Virus record (IMG/VR): IMGVR_UViG_3300032265_001317
Location: 1-64,000 of that record
Reading direction: 5' to 3' (one strand)
DNA length: 64,000 bases
Origin: a virus
The notes under the pieces are model-generated. The model was not told where the DNA came from, made no database searches, and was given only the letters and a program-made list of their open reading frames with translations. Positions 9,307 through 21,200 of this stretch are shown in pieces (positions within the stretch are counted from its first letter, which is position 1; every line of letters begins with the position of its first letter). The position numbers and the translations under genes are program-made.

Positions 9307-11844
9307 TTATAGTCCTGCAAATTGTATCCAGACTCTGTTAGAGCCATCTTGTATGTATTGGAATTCAATTCCAGTATTTGGTTCAACCCAGAAATCGCCA
9401 ATACGTGCTGTGAATGGAGTTGAAGTTGAAACAATAACTCGCGGTACATATAACAAGTAATTTTCATACTCGCCACCTTCTCTGCTGTAAACACTTCCTT
9501 GAACTCCAACTCCGCCACCTACTACCAATGCGCCAGTAGTTGTACTGGTTGAGCTAGCAGTACTGCTAATAGTTAAACGTCCTATTGTTCCGTTGTAAGT
9601 TAGCCCCACAGTTGAATCAATGTTTGAATATGTTCCGATAGCTTCGGTTAATCCTAGATAGAATGTACCGGTTGTAGCAGAGTTAACAAATACTTTTGCG
9701 GCAGCGGTAGTAGTATTACTAAAAATAGTTGCCGCATTTGTCCATACAGGTATTGATCCGTTGGATACCAAAATTGTATTGGTTGTACCAATTGCCAACA
9801 TGGTTGTGGTATTAGCTGACAGTTGATAAGGAACACTACCCAGAGCGCCACCTTGTAAATTGGTTGCTGTGGTTATGACACCTGTGATGCCATTACGAAT
9901 AAACATGTTGCCGTTAATGCCAACACTGCCCACTACCTGTAATGCACCTGTATTGGTGCTGGTACTAGTTGCTATGCTTGTTACTTTTACTGTTGTAAAA
10001 ATTCCAGTACCCGGTGTGTTGTTACCAATATTTACATTATCTACACTACCTGCGGCATTTGGATATATAGTTAAGCCACCACCCAGGGTAGGTGTAATAA
10101 TAACATTACCGCCTACAGGACTTAGGTTAACGTTTTTGTTTCCTTTGCTGACATCAAGTCCACCACCAATGAATACACTCTTTCCAATACCCACACCACC
10201 GGCAACTAAAATAGCGCCGTTAGTGGTTGCGGTTGAATCTAGTGTAGATCCAACAATGATATTTTCGCTAACACCAACTCCACCTAATACTGCCAGGGCC
10301 GCATTCTGTGTTGAGGTTGCCGCATATCCAAGGCCAAGGCCAACATCACAATTTAATTGTGTATAGCCAAATCCGTCATAATAAAATGCACTACCAATAT
10401 TGATTTGATTGTCAATACCATCAACTAGATTATCACTACCAATAGCAATAATGTTGTTACCATAGGTCATGTTTTGTGCAACACTAGGACCTATGAAAAA
10501 ATTATAACTTCCAGTTGTAAAATTAGGCGCGGCATTGTCGCCAATAAAAAAGTTTTGTTCTCCAGTTTTTAACCCAGATCCTGCGTTGGTTCCAATAGCA
10601 ATATTCTTTTGTGCATTATTGTTTACATAAACAGGTGCGTCTGTTTCCCAAGGAACATCGTCGTCTAGAAGAGAAGGATATACTAGTAAACTGTCAGCGT
10701 ATAATGCAAGTGTATTAGCATCTATTGTTTTTACATAATATTGTTGGTCAAAACTAGCATTAGTTGGATCATATTCAATTGTAGCAGGTTCTTTAAAATA
10801 TGCAATTGATATCTGTTGACCTGATGATAATCCGTGGTTAGGTACAGTAATAATTCCTGTACCAGTGGTAAAAGCTGGGTACTGAGATGATGTGCTTGCT
10901 GTAACTGTTACAAGATTAAATGATAATCTAGTGGAAATTGTTGCAGTCGACAGGCTAGCATAGTTCATGATATATGTACCAGTTCCGCCAGTTCCAGTAA
11001 CTCGACCAAGAATTATAAAAGCATCAATTATTGTAGGAAAGCCGTCTGTAGTGTAAAATGTTGAACCAACAGTAACAGTTCCAGTTGTAACAGAAGTTAC
11101 ATTAACTATATTGCTTCCAGCAGTGACTTGTACTGTAACAACTGCATAACTTCCGGTGGTTGTATAGGTATATCCATTATACTGTACAGCGGTTACAGTT
11201 CCTACATACTGGAATCCTCGTATGCCTACCTGACGTAGTGCGCTATCGCCAATAGCAATACTGTTAACAATACTTGTACCCGAGCTTAGTGCCAACCGAC
11301 CAATAGCAATACTTTTTACTGCCTGGTTCATGTTTTGCAATGCATCGTAACCAATTACAATATTTTCGTGACCTGTTGGAAAATTATCAGGTACAGGAAG
11401 CGAAAGCCCCTTGATGGCAATGTTGTTTACATTACCAGAATAACCTACACCAATTTGCAGTCCGTTGACCTGTATGTCGTTTTGAGATACTAATTTATTT
11501 TGTGTACTGATTCCTCCAACCACTTGCAGAGCGGCCTTGCTTATAAAAGTTTCGCCTTGATTAACTCCGGTTGCCGCAGTAGATCCAGAAACAACCACAG
11601 TGGCTGTACCAGTTGCCGCAAGCGTAATATTGTTTCCGGGAATTTGATTGGTTATTGTACCAGTGGTGAACAACAGAAATCCCAAGCTGGATCTATAGCT
11701 GGTTACCAGTGTACTATCTGTAACAATAGTAAAACCAGTTTCAGTAGTATCTGTTGCTGGCAACTGAGGTTGGGCATTGGGAAGAGTAATGTAAGTATTA
11801 CTACCTCCTGACCTTGCAATTGATCCGCTTAATAATGATGGCAT
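9307..11844 (-). CDS. Fibre/adhesin-like structural protein (845 aa)
   Basis: YadA-head-like NIAIG/SIAIG repeats plus TGALxVxGGVG repeats. Confidence 0.7.
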   Translation of the reverse strand: MPSLLSGSIARSGGSNTYITLPNAQPQLPATDTTETGFTIVTDSTLVTSYRSSLGFLLFTTGTITNQIPGNNITLAATGTATVVVSGSTAATGVNQGETFISKAALQVVGGISTQNKLVSQNDIQVNGLQIGVGYSGNVNNIAIKGLSLPVPDNFPTGHENIVIGYDALQNMNQAVKSIAIGRLALSSGTSIVNSIAIGDSALRQVGIRGFQYVGTVTAVQYNGYTYTTTGSYAVVTVQVTAGSNIVNVTSVTTGTVTVGSTFYTTDGFPTIIDAFIILGRVTGTGGTGTYIMNYASLSTATISTRLSFNLVTVTASTSSQYPAFTTGTGIITVPNHGLSSGQQISIAYFKEPATIEYDPTNASFDQQYYVKTIDANTLALYADSLLVYPSLLDDDVPWETDAPVYVNNNAQKNIAIGTNAGSGLKTGEQNFFIGDNAAPNFTTGSYNFFIGPSVAQNMTYGNNIIAIGSDNLVDGIDNQINIGSAFYYDGFGYTQLNCDVGLGLGYAATSTQNAALAVLGGVGVSENIIVGSTLDSTATTNGAILVAGGVGIGKSVFIGGGLDVSKGNKNVNLSPVGGNVIITPTLGGGLTIYPNAAGSVDNVNIGNNTPGTGIFTTVKVTSIATSTSTNTGALQVVGSVGINGNMFIRNGITGVITTATNLQGGALGSVPYQLSANTTTMLAIGTTNTILVSNGSIPVWTNAATIFSNTTTAAAKVFVNSATTGTFYLGLTEAIGTYSNIDSTVGLTYNGTIGRLTISSTASSTSTTTGALVVGGGVGVQGSVYSREGGEYENYLLYVPRVIVSTSTPFTARIGDFWVEPNTGIEFQYIQDGSNRVWIQFAGL

Positions 11845-11860
11845 ATTCTATCTCTAAAAA

Positions 11861-12244
11861 TTATTGGTTAGCTGACTCTAGTATACTTAGCGTTAGCACA
11901 AGTGTTCCGGTACTAGACGCAAAGCATCTAATACTATCAAGCTCTTCGACGATCATTTTTCCACCAAGAGGAACTGCGGCATCGTTTGCAGGTACGCCAT
12001 AATTTTTTACCAGGTAGGTATCGTTGTTGCCTGCTTGGTATCCGTTACCTTGTGCATCAGCTAGCACCACTCGATTTCTGTGATGTATGAAATTTACATA
12101 AGCTGTTCCAGTTGAAATATTTGAAATCTGTGCCATTAGCACAATCGCAGTTGTTCCAACAGGAGCAGTGTAAACTGTAGCAGTTGTGCTAGTCGTAAGA
12201 GCGGCTGTTTTTGTTTTAAACGTGTTTAATGGAATTAATGCCAT
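11861..12244 (-). CDS. Small virion structural protein (127 aa)
   Basis: AAGGA RBS; VYTAP...IVLMAQISN beta-rich pattern seen in small structural proteins of large T4-like phages. Confidence 0.7.
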   Translation of the reverse strand: MALIPLNTFKTKTAALTTSTTATVYTAPVGTTAIVLMAQISNISTGTAYVNFIHHRNRVVLADAQGNGYQAGNNDTYLVKNYGVPANDAAVPLGGKMIVEELDSIRCFASSTGTLVLTLSILESANQ

Positions 12245-12261
12245 TTTATTTTATCCTTATT

Positions 12262-15200
12262 TTAACCCACACCAATCGCTAATACGAACGGTGTTAAATT
12301 AGCAAACAGTGATTTTGTAAATGTTCTACCACTTAACACACCTGTTGCCTGACTAATTACTAACCCTGGACCAATACGGAAGTCACCGTTTTGGTCTGTA
12401 CTTGTAAAGAATACTTTACCGCTGTCTAACTGTACTGTTTCTTTACTCTGTACAGGATCTGCATAACCCACTTGAGGCAATGCTCCATAGTTTGTTCCAG
12501 CACCAACATATTCAAATACATATCCTGACGCACTAATGTAACTACGCTGATAGAAGTTTACAGTTGCCCCGTCTGGGAACAAATCTGTACGTCTTACGTT
12601 TTCGCCTAGTTGAACAATATGGTGAGTACCATTTCTTGCCCAGTAACTTAAACCAGTCATAACGCTGTTATATCTTCCGCCAGTTTCAATATCATAAATT
12701 AATCTTTGTAATATCAACTTGATATCTCTACGGCATTTTGCATCATCATATGCAAATCCTGCTGTATATGTTGAACTAATAAAATTAATAGTGTTATTGA
12801 TAATAGTTGCTTTGGCATTCTCTAAGTTATTTACTGCTGATTGAATTGCACTAGTTGTCCAACTGATACTAGGTTGAGAAACTGCTGGCAATCCGCTGAT
12901 GCTTCCAGCATTGATCACAGAAGTTGTTATTCCAATCAATGAACTTAGCGAAGCGGCTTCTGTTGCACTGGCGTAACTAGTCGCTGTAGATTGTGTCACA
13001 GTATTTCCACTAGATCTTGTTACTGTTTGTCCTTGTATAACTTGTTGCGCCACTGAGTTTAAACGTCCAAGAGCCGCTACGGTTGCTGTAGTTTCTCCAG
13101 GAATCTGGCTTACCGCACCTACAAAATATGCACGGGCCGCACCAACACTTGCACTATTAGTTCCATATAGAATGTCATAGCATAATGCATCTACAATGTA
13201 TCCAACATCTCTTGCACATGTAGCAGTAGTGTAGTAAGGAATAGGTGCATTAAATGGTGCAATGCTACCAGCCCTCTGTACATCAATCCAACTGGTTACT
13301 TCGGTTTGTAAGAAAGTTCTGTTTGCCTGCAACAAATCTTTGGCAGCGATTCTGTTAGGATTTCCGCCAACTGGATTTGTAAATGTCAACGCAGGAATAT
13401 AATTAGTTCCACTATTAACGATACTGGCAATACTATTAAATGCGGCAAGTCCTCTTATCAATGCAGTTATATCTGATTGCAAGATAACCTGCGAACTAGT
13501 AGAAATATAATTTATAGCCGCAATTTCTTGTATCTTTTGAGCACTCAATACAAGCTGACTTGAAGAGTTAGATCTTAGGTATGCATTGCCACAAGTGATA
13601 GTGTTATAATTAGTTCCTAAAGCAACGTCATATGCCACACCATCAATAATGTATCCGCTATCTCTAGCGCAAGTTGCAGTATTGTAAACAAATCCCACAT
13701 TGGTTGAAGTCACATAGGCACTTACCTCTGCTGAGATAAAATCTAAGTTTTGTTTGATTAGTTCAATTGCACTACCGGCACCACTTGGAACAGTTCCAGA
13801 CGTGGTTCTTAACACTGCTGGATATAGTGCTTCTGCTTCGTCGCTGGTTGTTGGTTCACTAAGGATGCGAATAGTATCATTGATACGCAAATCAATAAAC
13901 GGTACCGCACCTGCTCCGCCTGCCAACAACGGAACTACTACCTGGGAAACAGTATTTTGATATGTGGTAGTTAATACCTTGTTACTGACCACTGCATCTG
14001 TAACTGTGTTGATATATCGCAATGCCGCCACGTGTGCCGCTACTTGTTCAGTTGAAGTATTAGCAGATGATAGTATGTTTGTTCCATTTATTTTAGGATT
14101 GTCAGCAATGGTACTGCTTAATACAGTGTAATAAGCATTTCCACAGAAGAATAAAGTAAAGAAGTTTGCGTTAGCTGGGTCACCACCGCCACTGGTCAAT
14201 GCCTTGTTCAAAGTTACACTTTGATAACCTAGGTCGGTTACGATTGTTCCTGTATCGGCATACAAGGTGTAATCAGTGCCAGTAAAATGTCCAAATTGAT
14301 CTCTAATATAAACTGAGTTACCAACAGCAATACCTGTGTTGTCAATACCTGTAATAGTAATTGTACCTGTTGAGATAGTTGCAAGACTTGGAGTTGCATT
14401 CAAGAAACCTGGCAAGTTTTGTTCATTTAAATGACCAGGATCTGGTTCTACTTCCATTACTAAAGAAATATGTGGACGAGGTGTAACATCAGGTAAAAAT
14501 ACTTCTACCTGTCCGTTGTTTGGCCAGAAGCCACTTGGATAATACTGGTTCAATCCATCGGGACCTGGACTATTTGGATAGGCCTTGTTTGGTGGATTAT
14601 ATAATGTTCCGCTAAATGCTCTCTTACCGTAACCTTTGGCCAACAAACAAACATCACCAAAGTTGGCGTTACTGTTAACAATAGAAGCAATACCGCCATT
14701 GGTAACTTGTACACCCACGCTGGAGAAAACAGTAAACACAGAAACTAACTGTGCATATCCGTTGTTGGTAATTTTAACTCCGTGACCACCTTGGTTAACT
14801 TGAGTAAACGCATCGTAAACAAACGAATTAATTGGACTACGATCACTAATAACTCCGCCGTCAACTAGACTTCCTCCCATAGATCCAATTGGATCTAATT
14901 TACGGCTGTTCCATGTGCTGGTGTTACCTGTGTACTCTAAAGCCAATGCTTCAACTTGAATATCATTTAATGGATATGCACTTATATCACCAAAGTAAAG
15001 AGTAGCATTATCCGCATAACCCACAGTGGCAGTGCTCAATCCAATTAGATAAACTCCAGGTTGTCCAGCATCTTCGACATAAGTTACCTTAGATGCTATC
15101 TTGACATCATCTGCCAATTGTCCTGTTGCTGAAAATAATCCGCTACCTTGCCATACAGGAGGTGCATATAAAGGACCTTGACTGATAATGGTAGTGATAA

Positions 15201-18200
15201 TATTGAAATTTCTTCTAATAGCCTGTTGTGGCATGTAATCGCCACCATACTGGAAGTATGGATTGATCACTTGCAATGCAGTTGTTCCTGTAATTACTGT
15301 TACGGGCTGATTAGCAACAACCTGTAAAGCAATATCTCTGGCATAGTTTAATGCCATAGTGGTTGTAGTTTCTTGACCGGCAATATAATTATAACCTGCA
15401 TTCCAGTAGGATAGTCCTGCTTCGATAGATTTGCTGTTGCCGTTTAACAATATGTCTTGGCTAACTGCATCAACAATTAATCCGGTATCTCGATAACATT
15501 TTGCTTCGTTGTATTCGAACGCACCAGGATTGTATGTCAATTCAAGATAAGCAATGGTTTCAGCTTTGATAAATTCTTTGTTGGCTTCGAGTCTAGCAAA
15601 TCCATACAATTCTGGCGATGTTGAACCGTAGAAAGTCAATGTGTTAATTGCTTTTAGACCAACTGCAACACCGGGACCGTTTTGTATAATATTAGTAATG
15701 GTACTGATTGCTTTGTTGATAATTGCGACACTGCCGGCATAATCTATGCCGCCTGGATCTGAATTGAAGAGTTGCACAACGTCTGTTTGCAACGGAGTCA
15801 CTGGAATATTTTGTATAATTTGTCCAGCTAAGGTTTTTACAAAATTAAATCCATCTACTGTTTGTGTAATTTCAGTTGCGATATTAGATGCACCACCGGT
15901 TACAGACCAGTATGCCAGTCCTGCTGTTACTGCTTGCTTGTTTCCGCCAGCATACATATCTAATGCGATGCTATCAATAATAGAGCCAACATCACGAGCA
16001 CATTTGGCTTCGTCGTAAATAAATCCAGGATTGGTTGCTTTTATAAACGCATTAACTTCTGTACCAAAATAATCTTTGTTGGCTTTCAATATACGAAGAG
16101 TCGCTAGTCTACTAGGCAATTCTTGATTGTTGATTTCGCCGTTTGGCACAATTCTATCTGACCATCCAGAAGTGGTACCACCTAAAATTTCAAGCACAAT
16201 ATCAAATTCAGATTTGATTATAGCAACTTCGTTGGCACTAGCTGTAATTGGAGGAGTCTGTGTATTGGCCGACACTGTATCCGACAATATGATCTGCGTA
16301 GCAGTTGAGTATCTAGGAACTAGATCATCAGTTGGTGTTATATTTTGAATAACTTTAACTGTTAGATCTTTCAAGTAGGTAACTGCATCTATTGTTTGAT
16401 TGATCTCTCCATAGATTGCACCAGTGTATCCTGTTTGATTCCAATATTGCAAGCCAGCAAATGTACTTGCTACATAAGCTCTATTTGAACCACTTGCGGC
16501 GTCGACTGGATATCTTAAATCTGTTGCAATGCTGTCAACAATCAAACCTACATCTCTAGCACACTTTTCTTGACTGTACGGAAATTGTCTATTAGCCAAG
16601 TTCCAGTTAATGTAGTTGATAGTCTGTTGTTGAATAAACTGTCTATTGGCCTGCATTAAAATTTCAGCACTCATGTATGCCGCGTCAGGTCCTGCGCCCA
16701 TATAAATTTCTGGTGCAACAGATGGACCACGTAAAATAATATCAGTGATAGTTTCAAAATTACGGTTTATAGAATTTGACGCAATGTCCCCTCCTACCAG
16801 TACAGTATTTCTAACTTGACGATATGTTGGATTGTCTGCAATATTTGTACAAGTTGTATTTGTAATAACATTTTTACACAATTGATTTAAGTAATCAAGT
16901 GCGCTGATAGTTTGAGTTTCTTGACCGCTAATACGACTAATAACTCCGTCATAGTAAGCAAGACCGCTTTGTACAGATTTTTCATTACCACCAAATACTG
17001 TATCGTATGCCACGTTCTCAACAATAATACCTACATCTCTAAAACATTTTTCTCTTGAGTAATCAAAGAAGAATAATTGATTATTGAGATACGCTAATGT
17101 TTCAGCTTGAATAAATTGTCTATTGGCCGCAAGCAGATAATAAGCATTCCAAATTTCAACATTGGTGCTGGTGTTCATATTCATTGGAATTTGCTTGCCA
17201 GCCACATCGGGGCCATTTCGTATGATATTGGTTATAATATCAATTTTTTGTTTTAGAACAGCAGACTCGTTTGATGTACCAGGTGTCAAATTGGTTACCT
17301 GTGTTACTGTACTTTGATACGTGTTGGTCAGTTTGGTAGCTGTTACAATGCCAGGAATAATTCCTCTGATGAAATTATATGCCGCAGTAGTCTGTGGTAC
17401 TTCGTTTGCTATTGCAGTAGAAGTTGATAGATAACCAAAGTAGTATGTTCCAGATTTAATTGCCTGTTTGTTACTATAACCAGCGGTAGCATCTGGATTT
17501 AATAAGTCAAATGCAACACTCTTAACTATGTATCCAACATCTCTGATACATGTAGCAGTGGTATAATTTGTAAATCCTAATGTATTATTAATATAATCAA
17601 TTGTCTGTGTTTGAATACTAGGAATAGCCGCGATCAATGCTGTATAAGCATTAATCACACTGGTCGATGTTGAAGGAGATCCGTTGGATTTTATTAAACT
17701 GGTAACACCAGCAGTGCCGTTATTGAGAATATTCAATATTACATCAAAGTCTGCGCTGACGATATCACCAATTGTAGAATTAGATGCCGCAGTTGCAATA
17801 TTGGTTGCCAGTACTTTTACATAACTGATTGCAGATGTTGTGGTTGTAATTTCGCTTGCAATAGAACCAGTATAGTCACGTTGATTCCAATATTGCAATC
17901 CGGCAAATTGACTTTCGCTTGTGGATTGATATAGTAAATCAGTAGCAATACTATCAACAATTAAACCAGTATCGCGATAACATTTGGCTTGGTCAAACGC
18001 ACCATATTGTTTGTTAATGTAGGCTACAACTTCGGCTTGAATAAATGCACGGTTAGCATTGATCAATGTAGCGGCATTTACAACCGGTGTGCTTACACTC
18101 TTGGTTAGGCTGATAGGAGTCTTGGATGTTGCGGCACCAGGGCCATTTGAAATAATGTTAATGATGGTATCAACACTAGAAGCCGCCAAGTTTGCCTGAG

Positions 18201-21200
18201 CAGTTGTTCCAGTATTGACTGTAATGACTTGAGTTACACTTGTTTGTGCAGGACTTGGTACTGCCAATCCGATAACAATATCTTTAACCAACTGTCTTAG
18301 ATATGTGTAAGCATTGACTGTTTCAACACGCTCAGTTGGTATGGCACTAGATGTTGCTGAGAAACCATAATAGTATACGCCTGATTGTATTGCTTGTCTA
18401 TTTCCTCCGTACAACAAATCAAAACTTACAGAATCAAGCATATATCCAACGTCTCTATAACATAGAGCTTGATCATATACAAATCCTGCAGTCTTTGTTG
18501 ATTCTACATAGGCAACTGCCTCTGCTTGAATATAACTTCTGTTGGCTTGCAATAATGCATAGGCATTTAATACATTACCGTCTGCGCTGGCCACAATACC
18601 GTTTGGCACAATTTTATCTGTTACTCCATTAGTACCAGTTGAAATAATATCAGTAATTATTTTAAAGTCGGTTGCAATAGCAGTGGCCTGAGTAGCACCA
18701 CTTGCCGGTAATGCAGTATTTTGACCAACTGCACTTTGATATCGTGTACCTGTGGTAATATTTCTAATAACTTTTTGTGCCAGGCTACTTACATAATTAA
18801 TAGTATTAGTTGTAGTAGTTAATTCAGCACTAATTTGTCCTGTGTATCCACTTTGATTCCAATATTGTAAACCAGCAAATGTAGACTGACTGCTGGTTGA
18901 GAATAATAAATCTTGAACAATCGCATCAACTACTAGACCTGTGTCTCTTGCACATTTACCTTGATCGTATGTAAACCCTGAATAGGTAGTATTGATAAAA
19001 TTAATCATGTTATCAATAATTGTAGCCGTTGTAGAATTAATAGTTGAAACAATATTTTGCGTAGAAGTAGTTGTCCAAGTTATGTCTGGGTAAGTTGGCG
19101 ATGGAATACTTGCGGTACTTCCGCCTGTAATTGCATCTGTGACGATTCCTACCAATCCAGCTATGGAGGTGGCTTGTGTAGCAGTTCCTAGCAATCCAGA
19201 AAACGCTTGAGTAACAATATTACCGGATGATCGAGTAACAGTCTGACCTTGTGCAACTTGTTGAGCAACAGTTGACAATCTGCTAAATGCTGCCACAGTT
19301 TGTGCAGTTTCATTTGGAACTTGTGATGCCGCACCAACAAAATATGCTTGTGCCGCTGTTACACTGGCACTGTTACCACCGTATAATACGTCATAGCATA
19401 GTGCATCTACAATGTATCCAACATCTCGATAGCAAGTTGAAGTAGAATACGTAAAGGTTGTCGAGAACGGACTAGTATTGCCTGCTACCTGTACACCTAT
19501 CCATGCAGTAACTTCAGACTGTAAGAATGTTCTATTTGATACTAATAAATTTTTAGCATAGATATTATGTACATCTCGGCCAGACGGACTTGTAAATGAT
19601 AAAGTTGCGCCTGTTCCGGAATTAATAATTGCAATCGTTGTATCGAAAGAATTATTACTTCTTGTTATTGCGGTTGCATTACCTGCGGCTATTCCGGCAA
19701 CTACTGTTTTTAAATATCCTATTGCACCTATTGTCTGTACTAATTCTGTGCTGGTTACAATAGCCGACGATGCATTACCCCTGCGGTATGCATTGCCACT
19801 AGTAATGCCGTTGTAGTTTGTACCAAGTGCAAGATCGTATTCTGCTCCTGTTAAAATAAATCCTGCATCTCTGCGACATTTAACTTTATCGTATCTAAAC
19901 CCTTGAGTAAATGCTTGGTCAACAAAGTTCACAACCTGTTCTTGCATAAACGGCTTGTTGGCCAACATCAAAGTACGAGCATTCCAGAAGCCAGGATTTT
20001 GTTGTCCAGGATTGATATACATACCAACTGTTGGTTGAACTTGTCCTAATGTTCCGGTTGTATAAACTGTTATTACTGTGTCGCCTGCGGCCCAGGTGGA
20101 TGTTCCTACCACTGTCGGAACTTGAATAGTTCCTGATGGAAGAAACATTGTTCCGTCTTTCATCCATGGACCAGATTGGTTGGTACAGTTTTGAATATAT
20201 GGTGAGTGAAACAGATCAATTTTTGCATTTCCGACCAATGGAGGGAACGCAGTAGCATAGGCTCCGCGATTAAATTCATCAAGGTATGCACCTTCTAACA
20301 ATCCACTGCGACCGTTGGTCATCTGCAACTGTGCAATATAGCATCCAGATTGTACATGGAACAAGTCTTGTGTTTTGTTGATTGGTTCGATACTGGTTGT
20401 ACGTAGATCTGATCCTACTACACTGGTATAAGGTTGTAAAAGAACTGGATTGTCTTCTAGGTAATGTCCGGCAGCTACACGGATTTGTGTACCAGGTCCA
20501 AAATATGGAGATCGAGTTGCACCAGTCACTGTGCGGCATGCACGGCTTGGATCTTCTGCACGACCATCATTGGTATCATCGCCATCCATGGTCACCCATA
20601 GCTGGTTAGTAACTACCGGCGCTGTACCAATTGGCTTTTTACCTCTGGCTCTGATGTCACCAAAAATATCAACGTATCCGCCTGCCTGTGGAAGCATGCT
20701 GATGTTTTGTGCAGAGTAGTCTGGATTGTTTGATACAGTATTGATACTCTGAATCAAGGTAGAATATACATTGTCAATAAAACCTTGACTGAATCTTTCG
20801 TTTGGATTACCTAGTGTGCTGGAAGGATAAGAACTTCCATCTGTCGCTGTTGTTATTCCTCGAGGAATAACATTTCCTTTAACACCTAAATCTTTGCCAA
20901 CAGCAACTCCGCCTTGAACAATCAGGGCGCCAGTTAAACTGCTGGTTGAGTTAGCAGTAGAGGCAACAAACATTAGATTGGTTGTCAGCAGACCAGTTCC
21001 GGGATTATATGTTAATCCCACCTGTGGATTGACATAGGTACTAGAACTTCCGTAAAGTTGCGAAGCACTCTTTCCAAAAATATCTTTCGTGAATACAGGA
21101 TAAAAATCTGTACTTGTATTTGTATTGGTAACAATTAATAATGTACTACTGGTAGCCGCGGCTACTCGTCCATAAATGTATCCACCAACGTTTAAATCTT

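Noticed and set aside
19-21000. Many plus-strand ORFs (up to 403 aa) rich in Val/Pro/Ala
   Set aside because: Antisense shadows of the Thr/Gly-rich minus-strand fibre genes; no independent signals or motifs
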